NCBI RefSeq assembly: GCF_033153115.1
Contig: NW_026889764.1
Coordinates: 1,612,001-1,676,000 of the forward strand
Direction: 5' to 3'
Origin: Saccostrea echinata
Lineage: Eukaryota
Length of the DNA: 64,000 bases
How positions within the stretch are numbered: position 1 is the stretch's first letter; every line of letters starts with the position of its first letter. A model generated the notes under the pieces. That model was not told the origin of the DNA. It saw only the letters and a list, made by a program, of their open reading frames with translations, and ran no database searches. Positions 24,608 through 46,400 of the stretch are shown piece after piece. A program made the translations under genes and the position numbers.

Positions 24608-27600
24608 TACAGAGAGTAACACTGTTCTATACTTTTATACGCCTTTTCAAAAAATGACATCATCAGCTGATCTTATACTATTGCAATTATTGCAAGAGCC
24701 ACTAATGCCATTTACTTGTTTGATATTTCAGACAAAAAAATATTATACAGTGCATCCGTATTTTTGTAGCTAGCTGGTGCGTCGTACATGGAGGTCCATG
24801 AAGCAGGTGGAGGCATTCATTTCACCGTGGAAAAGACAAGAAATGCATCCCAAGATGAATTGTATGTCAGCTTTAGCAAACGCCTTTATGATATGTTATC
24901 TACCGGAACCACGTGCGTTGAGTGTAAGAGTGGATACGGACTCGATACAGAAAGTGAAATAAAAATGCTGGAAGTGATTGAAACTGCCAAACGAGAACAT
25001 CCACTGACGATATCATCTACTTTCTGTGGCGCTCATGCTATTCCAAAGTATGGTTGTAACTCTATATCTTTCTTTTGTAAAGGGAATCTTAAAAAAGTAG
25101 ATAATGCAAAGAAATTTTAAAAAGAATTTGGCTTTCTAATGCTCTCTAATTTATGTTTTTAAACAAGTTCAATATTCTAGAGGGTCCACTGCGGAAAAAG
25201 CAACAGATGACGTCATAAATAAACAACTTCCTGCCATAACCAATCTCATGAAAGATGGGAAACTTCATGTCGATAATATAGACGTCTTTTGTGAGAAGGG
25301 AGTGTTCGATTTAGAACAGTCGCGAGCTATATTGAAGGCAGGAAAAGAGGCGGGTTTGAACATCAATTTTCATGGTGATGAGTTACATCCACTAGGTGGT
25401 GCTGAGGTAATGATTTGGCTGTAAATAAGATACTTACAGATTAGTATTCCATAGTGATCTTCTTTAGTCCGGATTAATTAGGTACTAATTTTACCTTCCT
25501 TTTTCAATACGTGAACATTGAATTATTTATAAATAATAGAGTCTGATCACTATTACGCTTTGTAATAGGATCATTAGCCATATTTAGAATAGCACTTAAT
25601 TAAAGATCTTTCTTACATGTTAAAACAGATGTTTTAAGGAATATGATGCTGTGTAATTTACTAGTATGCAATACCATAATGTTTACTCGTATGCAGTACC
25701 ATAGTGGAGTGAAATAAACTGAGATCATATGTTTCAATATGCTATACATGAACTTTTAGATGGGGGCAGAACTAGGTGCCCTCGCAATCAGTCATTTGGA
25801 GGAGATATCGGACAAGGGGATCGCCACCATGGCCAAATCTGGGTCAGTGGGCGTGGTCCTCCCCACGACAGCCTATATCCTGAGACTGAAACCTCCACCT
25901 GTCATGAAAATGATCGAAGCCGGAATGGCGGTAGCGCTAGGTTCAGATTTCAACCCAAATGCTTTCTGTATGGCAATGGTAAAATTCTTTCAAAATTTTA
26001 CTCTATAAAATGATAAACTTGCCCTGAAGGGAACAAAAGAAATATGTATGAAATTAAGAAAACAAATCAAGTGTACATGTTTTTTAGGGCAAGAATTATT
26101 TAACTACATGTACATGTAACTATTTTTTGGAATTTGATCTATACCGATGTTTAGAACTATCTTTGACTAAATACTCTACAAATGGGTGAGTGGGGGACAT
26201 TATGTAAATTTGAATTGAATTTCTTTTAAGTACAGCTGTACATGCGTTAATATTACCGAATAATTAACGTCCATTCTAAATTTATAATTGGTACATTTTA
26301 ACATTTACAATTAATTTCTGATAACTTAAAGTGAATACATACATCAATATCTTGTGCTAATTTGTTATTTTATGACCACATTAACTTGCGGACATTCTAT
26401 ACAGTGCTGAAAACGTGACGATCCTTTGATACGGAATGAAACTTAGCTCGCTTTTCTTTAGAACTTGGTAGATTAATTTGTCTTTCGCGTTCATTTTATT
26501 CTTCAGCCGACAGTAATGCATCTTGCTTGCGTGCTATTGCGGATGACGATGTCAGAAGCTTTAATTGCCGCCACCCTTAATGCAGCATCCGCTGTTGGCT
26601 TATCTAAAGATTATGGATCACTGTCACCAGGAAAATACGCTGATATGGTCATTATTGATGCGCAAAGGTTAGAAATATTATATTTATTAATCAATGGGAA
26701 TACGAATGAAATTTACAGAAGCAGCTTTGCTATCATCAGAATCTGGGTTGATATGTTTTGCATTGTAAATGATTGTAACAAGACATTATAGCATACTTAA
26801 GATTGAATGTGAAGATAAAAACAAGCTCCGAAATCCAGTGAAACAATACAGATTTGGAGCAGAGCAAACACGGATCTCTGAAAACATCAGAGGTGGGATC
26901 AGGTGCCATAGAGGAGTAAACATCCCAACATCCCCTGTCAACCACTTATACCCGCCGTGTGCCCTTTGTCATGATCAGACAAACGAAGAAGTATGAAAAT
27001 AATAAAAGACGTCAGTCAATACTCGACCTAACGGCAGATTGTATTTGCAAATAGTCATATTGTGTCGACCTTAGAATTTGCTAAATGTTGCCTTTAACAT
27101 GAGAAGAAAACATTTCCTGTTCAATATATCGACGAGGTATTATCAATTAACAATTGTTACTTCCATCCACTTGTCGATTCAATATATATCCAAGTGAACT
27201 CGAAATGAAAGACACCACAGAGTCTGTCACATCTGTTTCATCATATTTTGATATTTTACTGATTATAGACGTTAAGGGCCAATTAACAACTAAACTGTAT
27301 GACAAACGAGATGACTTCAGCTTTTTCATCGTCAACTTTCCATATTTATATCCAACATCATCTGCATATGGAGTTTATCTCTCCCAACTGATTCGATACT
27401 CAAAAGCATGCTCTAGGTATGATCAAATTTTAAACCGGTGCAGGTTTCTGACAGATAAGTTACAGGGATTTCAACAACCTTGTTTAAAGTCAGCATTTCG
27501 TAAATTCTATGGTCGTTATAATCACCGTGTAGCAAATATAACCTATCATGGAGTCGTATTTTGACTGACTGATATATTAGGTCTTAGTTTTTATATGAAA

Positions 27601-27929
27601 CTTTGCTAAGGAATATTCAGACTACCAGATAAATACATAGGGCTCACGGCGGGTGTGACCGATCGGCAGGACCTAGGCACCTGATCTCACCTCTGGAACT
27701 TCTAGGTGTCCGTGTTTTATGCCCCGTTCACAGATTTGTATTGTTCGTAGCATTTTTTCTCTTTTAGGTCGATCACGGTTCGTTATCTTCATCATTTTCA
27801 CTTGAAACAAGATTGGTTTTTTTTAGGTGGGAGCATTTGATCTACCAGTTTGGAAATCACGATAAAATCATAGAATACGTCATCAAGGAGGGAGACATCC
27901 TTCACACAAAATATGAATGTTGTGGATAG
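21300..27929 (+). CDS. AMDHD1: Imidazolonepropionase (HutI), amidohydrolase domain-containing 1
   Basis: Phase-consistent GT-AG exons: 21300-21451, 21780-21957, 24770-25047, 25181-25406, 25760-25978, 26507-26667, 27827-27929. Motifs: [70 protein letters not shown] at ~28009. Confidence 0.95.
22069..24607 (+). mobile_element. Helentron-type non-autonomous element carrying a ~168-bp satellite array (oyster Cg170-like)
   Basis: 5' ACAAGAGGCCCAAGGGCCTTAACGGTCACCTGAGT; tandem monomers containing GAGCCCCGCCCTAACACCAGAACCCCTGACCCTGGGGCCATGAA spaced ~168 bp; (GACG)n; 3' palindrome AGGTCACCTGAGTGACTCAGGTGACCT. Lies in AMDHD1 intron 2. Confidence 0.85.
26800..27110 (-). mobile_element. Penelope-like 3' module, inverted arm
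   Basis: GCAAACACGGATCTCTGAAAACATCAGAGGTGGGATCAGGTGCC...CCCGCCGTGTGCCC. Confidence 0.8.
27130..27800 (+). mobile_element. Penelope-like (Naiad-type) RT C-terminal fragment plus 3' module
   Basis: [53 protein letters not shown]. Confidence 0.9.
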
Positions 27930-28056
27930 AGATGTATAGGATTCACCAATCATATCCACTGTCTCTTTCTACTGACAAGTTTGCAATTAATCATACTCCA
28001 ATGCACGTAATAAACGCATTAAAAAAATTAGATGTCTACTTTTTTTTCATTATATA

Positions 28057-28059
<3 letters not shown>

Positions 28060-28132
<73 letters not shown>
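28060..28132. repeat. Compound (TA)n(GA)n microsatellite
   Basis: Read directly from the sequence. Confidence 0.95.
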
Positions 28133-28136
<4 letters not shown>

Positions 28137-28547
28137 CTATATATAAATACAATGTATATTCATGTATTGGGGATGGCAATCGAATACAGAATATTGCCAA
28201 TCGGTTAACCGAAAGACGTTCCTACCGATTAATCTGCTAATCGTATCGAATTTTTTTGACATATTTCATCATTGTAAGCTCTATTCAAACAAACAGGATG
28301 ACTATAAAAGTGTTATATTATGTTTAGATTTTATCAGAACACTGTATATATTTTATTTCAATATATTTACATTTCCAAGGTCTTTGTCCGAGATAAAATT
28401 TCAAATAGTAAAAATACTCTATTTCTACATAAATCTACTGGTTCATCGATAGGCATGGTGAAAAAAAATCACGTGCGGGGCGGGACAAATAGAGACAGAA
28501 GCGGGGCTTGTAGCACGTGAATTTGCAGAATCAAGAGCATATGAATA

Positions 28548-28709
28548 TAGGGAATAACTGTCAGATTTTTTGGTTTCATGACAATGATCAATCGATTGGC
28601 TTGCGTGATAATTTTATGCATAAACGCCTTCGGCGTTTATGCAAATTATCACGCGAGCCAATCGATTGATCACATCATGAAACCAAAAAATTAGACAGTT
28701 ATTCCTTAA
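28548..28709. mobile_element. ~160-bp near-perfect palindromic MITE (Crypton-like ends)
   Basis: GGAATAACTGTCAGATTTTTTGGTTTCATGA...GATCAATCGATTGGCTTGCGTGATAATTT is mirrored by AAATTATCACGCGAGCCAATCGATTGATC...TCATGAAACCAAAAAATTAGACAGTTATTCC. Centre: CATAAACGCCTTCGGCGTTTATG. Confidence 0.75.
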
Positions 28710-29614
28710 TTCAATAGGGAAATTTTTTTAGAAACCCTTGAAACAGGCCTGAAGTATCGGCTACATTAAAGAATTTTCAGACCAGATGTCACGCAAGTTC
28801 TTTCTGCATTGTCACCATAATCAGAGCTAACAAAATGTGAACTATCGCTTAATTTACAGTGTTTGATTTACATGTTTAATAATATAATTTGATAGATAAC
28901 TGCAAAGGATAGAAGAGGTAAAAACATTATAACCAGTTAATGGTACTCAATGACCATTTAACAGAAATCATTAAAGAAACACAGGAGAGACTGAATTACG
29001 ACAATTAATTGTTTAAACAGCAATTAACATCTTCAAAACTGACCAATTATCACTACGGTATCAATCAGTAGAGCATTAATCATCTCCAAATCAGCTCAAA
29101 TAGATAGAAATTAAATACTAACATTTCAGAAATTTTTATTAGTTTTCTTTTGTTGAATTTTCGGGAAATTACGTTCAAATTTACATACGTTTTTATTTTT
29201 CCGACTATCCGACTACAGATTTTCTAACCAATTACCGTCATTTCAACCGAATAACAGGTTAAACAGTTACAAATTGAAATCCCTAATATATATGGAATTT
29301 AGCCTATTAATTGACTGATAGAATAAAAAAAATCCTCCCAAACATTGTCAGCAATGGTCAATAAAATTTAAATCAATAAATTAAATGACAAAAGCAGTCT
29401 AGCCTCAATTGTTTTCATAAATAAAACTCTAATTCCATAGATGATATTGTTTTATTGTTACATTGTATAAGTTGTCAGTGCTTTTGATTGATTCCAAAGC
29501 ATGTTCAGTGATTGAATACCCTGACAATTTGTTCACGTTCTCATGAAATGCTGTCACCAATACGGCAAGGTAGAGATTTCTATCAAATCTGCATGACCAA
29601 GATAAAGTTTTCTC

Positions 29615-40032
<10,418 letters not shown>

Positions 40033-40299
40033 TGTCTCTTGTATTATTGCTAGCTGGAATTACAAAATTCGAGGAAATTCGAATAGTAAATAAGATTTTG
40101 CACAGTACATACAATATTTTGCAGTTGGTAAATAAATAAAAGATTTTACAAGTAATAAAAAAAAGATCCGTGCAAAGGAGTATTTCTTTCTGAACTAAAA
40201 GATGACAACAAAATAAAATTAACGCATACATTTATAACCTGTCAACAATCTTCAAAGGCTACAAGTATCCCTCTCAGGCCTCTCTGTTTACAATATCCG

Positions 40300-40393
40300 T
40301 GGCAACAATCCACTCGGAACACCTCGCACCCTTTCAGTCTTTACTTCCGTTTGTGGATGAGTAGAAGTCGAGCCCGGAATCAAAGGAAAGGAA
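40300..40393. promoter_or_regulatory. Compact bidirectional promoter between CFAP100 and RPP30
   Basis: The ATGs are 361 bp apart, head to head. ETS-type motifs ACTTCCG (~40343) and CCGGAA (~40374). Confidence 0.5.
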
Positions 40394-43300
40394 ATGTCGT
40401 ATGCTGACTTGAGTGTGCAGATTTGTGACAGGAAAATATTGCTGGAAAAGATTGGACTAGCAATAAAACGTAAATATATCTTTGTTTCTCTCTCCATTGC
40501 CATAAAAATTAAAATGTTACAGGAACGAAGTTGGCGGTGCTTTTTCCCACGTGTTTACAATTACAGTATCTTGATCCCGTTTGGAATATAATATTTTAAA
40601 TTTGTATATTTTAGTTGGATATGAAGTTATTGCAGTAGATATTGTACACACACCCTCAAAAAATGTTATGAAGAAAAAGAAAAAGCAGAAAGACCAGGTA
40701 TGTATTTTGATAAGAATCGTGTCTAATAAAATTTTTTAGAAGTGCTGATTCAGAATAGTCAGGACATGATCCACAGTTGGATGGAGTACATCCTAACTCT
40801 TGGCTTTGTGTTAGCATACCTCAATGATAATTTTATTGGTACTCTCTTAAGCATAGGAGTTTTGGTCTATTTTTTAGAGTGTCATTTTTATGCAATATTA
40901 TAGGCTGGTGATGGAGTGATGAAAGCTTGTACATTAAAACTTACAGATGAAGAATTAAAAAGTCTCCAAGTAGGTATAAGCACATAGATCTACAGCATAA
41001 TATGTCATACATGTACATTTCAACTATGATGTCAGATTTATTTTGCACTGGAAATGGAGCATAGCTTTTTTTTTTACAGGTTGACACCAAACGTGTTAAG
41101 ATTCTGAGCCGAGTGACCTTGAACGTTTCTGACAGTGACCAGTTGCAGTATTTGGTAATAAACAATTGTGACATGAACTCAGATGTTACATACATTAAAC
41201 ATCATACATCATATTTATAAATTCAACAGAGCTTTAGCCATGTTTGTCTTTAATTTTAATTGTTTTTGTGGAAAATAACTTTTTTTCAAGTTCCAATTTA
41301 TGTACTTAATATACTTGAAAGTACCCCCACAAAGAAGATTCTGTAATTCATTCTAAGTAAACCTTGTGATATACTGAGGCAGTTGGTCATTTAACTACTT
41401 TCTACACTACCAAACAGGCTCATAGGAAGCTCTTTCAGTTGGGGGGGGGGGGTAAACATTTTCAGGTTGGGGGGGGAGGGGGCACTACCAAAACAAGAAC
41501 ACCTTGATGAGCTGAAAAAAGGTCATCAGTCATAATTATTGAGGGAGTACATCTATATTAAAGTAACTTTGATTTCTATAGTATACTATATATCTGACCC
41601 GCCTTATGATATCCAGAGGGAATAAAACCAGGATTTTTACATGTTTTATTCAGAACACTTTATAGGTTGCTGAAACTTAGGGTCACAAAAACCTCCAAAA
41701 TTTCTGAAGTACAGTATGTTAAGGTTTCAGCAACTGTCTGTGAATATTGTTAGCAATATAGCACAGTATACAATGTAAAACAACAGCAAAATTACTTAAC
41801 GAACATGCTATATATGTAACCTGATTGGACTTATTGTTCTTTAGATGTCTCCAGAAGTTCAGGAATATGACATTGTTGCTGTTCGACCAACATCTTCTGA
41901 AATCTTTGCTGTAAGTCCATTTATCACAGACACAATATTGTTACATTTCACATTTGTGTATTACTGCAGTTTGGTTTATACACAGATAAGGTTAAATAAA
42001 AAGTGTTCCACCTAAAAACAAAATGGCATTGAGTGTGATGTAGTCCTTTAATTTTGCCAATTTTTAAATACTAAAATAAATAACTAGGATGATTCAAATA
42101 ATTTTTTTCCAGAAAGCTGCAAAGTATGTCAACTTAGATATAATTCAACTAGAAATGGAGAAAAATACCAAAGTTATAACACCAGGAGGTCTTAGTGAGG
42201 TGAGTACTGTTGTTAGATATAGAGAAAATCAAAAAAGTTATAACACCAGGGCGTCTAAGTGAGGTTAGTACTGTTAGATATAGAGAAAACCAAAAAAGTT
42301 ATAACGCAAGAAGTCTAAGTGAGGTTAGTACTGTTAGATATAGACCTGCCTTATGATATCCAGAGGGAATAAGACCAGGATTTTTACATGTTTTATGCAG
42401 AACAGTTTATAGGTTGCTGAAACTTAGGGTCACAAATTATCATAATTTATGACCATTAAGACACGAATGGATAACCTTGTCATTATGTCGTATGTTTTGG
42501 AGGTCTCTTTATTGGGATTCTGTTTGAGCAGGGCATACAGAAGGGAATCCATTTTGAGATCCAGTATGGTCCTGCCATCAGAGACAGCTCTGTAAAGAGG
42601 TATCTTATCTCCAACTCCCAGCTTCTGGCCAGCTTCAGCAAATCTAAGGTTTGAATATATAACACTAGCAAATATTGGACATGTTTGATAGAAAAGTAAG
42701 GTGCTGGTATTCACATCACCACTTAATTTATGGACTCATGAGTCCTCATGGGGATGGAGAGAATACGTATGAGGGATGCTCAAAAATAATGGGGACTTGT
42801 TGCACAAATAAGAAATTGATGACATAGACACAATCAGAAAGTTACACATACATTGTAATATAACAGAATCTTTATTTATATGCTGAGCTCCAGATAATTT
42901 TTTAGCTCAAAGTATAAGAACTACGCACGCTAACTCTCGATTCCCGCCTACATTTTACACCGATTTCATTCAATACCAATGGCAATTTGGCTGCAAATTC
43001 TTTGTTGAATGCAAAGGACAGTTCAATGGTAATTGACTGATAATTTTAATGCCAGTGTTAAATAGTTAATTACCCCTAATTGCAGCTCTTTAAATAAGGG
43101 GGGTAGATGATATTTTCCATTGAAATCGGGCTTTCAAGCATCAATACATTGTAAAATATTCTTGGATATGAATAAATGTTCCTTAAATCTTTTCTTAAGT
43201 TTTACGCATATAAAATTAAACATATTTTATTAATAAATTACAATGTTTTAGTTGTAAAACCCTTTGAAATTGGTGAAAAATAAGCATTTTTGTAGTTTTT

Positions 43301-43403
43301 TTGTCTGTAAAATTATGTTCCCCCCCCATGAAACACAAAAAGCTTTGGTATGAATTTGTGAAATAACAGTCTATATTACCTGTAAAAAGGAATTTTTGTT
43401 TCA

Positions 43404-43438
<35 letters not shown>

Positions 43439-46400
43439 AGATGTTTTAAAAATATTTTCCGTTTTCCGTTGATTTCTATAGTGAAAAACACAAGTTTTAC
43501 CCAAATTATAGAGTTACCTCTTTTTATTTTCCCATTGAAGTAATGTTTTATGAAAATTCATATAAATATCTATATAAATATGAAAAATCATTCAAATATG
43601 TTAACTTTTGAAAATTGACTTGGAGGTAGGTGGGAGAACAATGCTATCGTTCGCAGTTCTTTACTGCCTGATTTTCAAATCAATGCAGATTTTGCTTTTC
43701 AGCAAAAATAATTAAAGAGTACTCTGAAATCTATTGGTCTTTTGACATATACATGTAATGTGATTTTTAGCTTGTTATCGAAATAAGTGTTTTGAAAGAG
43801 GAATGTAAAAAAAGGACAGTTTCTACATTTATCAATTAGGTTAATGAAATTTTAAAATTTTGTCAGCTTTTAGCTATACATGTAAGTGAGAAACATTTCG
43901 TTTCTTTCACCAGAAAGACCCTATGGTAGGCAAAGTTACTTGTACCACGGGCACACAGAACTCCATTTAAGATTAGGCCTATATCGATCGTAGCAAGAGT
44001 TACGGAGAAAAAAATCTTTCCTTCGGCCAGATTAAATAAATCTTTAGATTTTCATCCCCACCTGCCCCTCTCAAAATGTCTTGCCCCGTTGTTTTCCTTA
44101 TTATTTTTTTTTTGTTATCAAAAATATATATAATGTTTTACTATATAAATTGTTGGTAAAAGTTTTAGAGTTACTCCCCGTTTGCATTTAATGTCAGGTG
44201 GTGCTATTTATAGCACAGGCACACATGGAAAGCAAAAAATTTGGAATTATTTTCATACAATTAATAAACGTCTAGGTTATTCCGTATACGCTTATAAATC
44301 AAAATTACCTTTTGATAAAAATTCAAACACTGAGCTGAATTTACTTCACATAATTAGCTAAATCATACTTGTATCATTCAATCCATCGTACGAAGTACTT
44401 TCGTAGTGTAATGCTTATTTATAATTGCTAATGCGCAATTGTACGCTCTGTTTTAATTTTTAATGCATATTTTGAAAAATTCAATGCATATTTCTGCAAA
44501 TACGCACCTTACCTGGAGCTCTGTATATGGTAAGCAAAACTTTATATCATAATGTTGTAAACTGATATCAATTTGGGTGATTACTTAGGATATATCACAA
44601 AGTGCAGTTAATTCTTCAACATCATGGGATTCATAGAATTATTTTATTTTTAAGATTAATGGATTAGTTTCTCAACATTTTCCCTGAGTGTTTGTTACAC
44701 AATTTGGGTTACCTTATCCACTCGGCATAAACATCCGTTTACCATTTCTGGACCACCTTGAAAATTATGAAACCAGTATAGCATGTTCTAGTTTGTTTTT
44801 AAACCACAAACTGTAGATATTTCTGAAATATTGTTTAACTTCGATCCCTGTCAATTACATTCTTAATAGTCCAGATCAACAATTCATCGATGATCTTCTG
44901 TCCCCTCCCAGATTATCTTTTACTGAGGTTCTATCATCCAAAATTCTCTTTTTGCTATTTGTGGAAAGGTGTTGGTAATGGTTTATTCCATGTTTCATCA
45001 GGAATGTTTTGAGTCTCTGTTGGCTTTTTCTGAGCATTACACATGATTTAATAAAAGTGCACTGCTCCATCAAATCACTTGATATTTGCAGTTGTTTTCA
45101 AAGGAATCACATCAGAGAAAAATCACAAGGTTTCAGATAGTACTTCAAATAATTACTTCAGAAATCTAAATAAATAATCATACAACAATAAAAGGAAACT
45201 TAGAAAATTGTTGAATTATATCGCAAAAAATGGAAATTTTTTGATTAAGTGGTTTTCAAAATTTTTGCTCAATCGGCTTTATTAAAAGGTAAATTTTTTT
45301 TAGGAGATATTGATTAATATAAAATAATTTTACCAAAAATTTAGTGGAACCTTTAAGAAACATATATTTCTGAAAATTCTTTACTATTTGACGTCTGTAT
45401 GGGTATGTACATGTATAATAGCAGAGTCCACATAATTTTTGAACAGCCCTCGCACATGTAAACAAGTTACCACTTAACCCAGGACATGTTAGTAACTTGC
45501 TGGTTTTGTAACACTTTTTTTCTTAAAATATGTAAAAAGGGTGTTTTATTTCAGTTTTTTTTTTAAATTTGAAATTGTGTTAAAATGCAGTTACTTGAAC
45601 ATTACGTACTTTGACTAGATAAAATACAACCATCTTTAATTTCAGAATATCATAATTTCCAGTGGAGCAGAAAGGGTATGCATTTTTTAGAATTAAAATA
45701 AGGATCTGTATTATTCAAATTATGTACATGGATGTACATCAAAGTCATACATGTGATATGTACCGGCGGTAGGCAAAATGTACAGTTTTTTTCGAGCCCA
45801 TTCATCGTGTACCGGCGGGACACCAAAATTCACGGAATATGAAAATTTGTACAGTTTTTTGAATTTCTCGCTAAATGCCGCCATTTTCCTCTCATTCTCA
45901 TTCGCTCGACACTGGAAAACGTCACCTGTGTTTGACACTTGACCTTCTGATAATTGTGTAGTGTACACAAACTGTCGCGTGTGAAGGTGTGAATTTGTGA
46001 ACTGCCAATTGGGATAATTATCTTGCTATAAATCCGTTGGGATAATTATCTTGCTATAAATCTGTATGCCCCTTTAGGTAGCTTTATTTTTAAAGGGGTA
46101 CTTAATTATAACTGTTAATGTTTCGTAACTTGATTGAAAAAAATTAAGCCAACTTCTAAAGTTGATATACACGACTTAATATACTTGAATCTGACCCAGA
46201 TCTCCGTAGGTATAAAATATACGATGTTTATTACCATGATTACCGCTGAAATAAAGGATATATAGTTTTAAGTTTTTATGTACTGAAATTTATGTATGAT
46301 TTTATTTGCTGCTGTTATTTAGAATTGCTGATGTATATATCAGTAATATGAACAAGATGTAAATTGGAGACATTGACTCTCACGTTAATACTATATAAAG

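Noticed and set aside
43216-43491. Poly-proline ORF
   Set aside because: It comes from a G/C homopolymer inside a transposon.
44690-45110. Possible decayed coding remnant on the minus strand in an RPP30 intron
   Set aside because: Multiple stops and no motif I can recognise; BLASTX would be needed.
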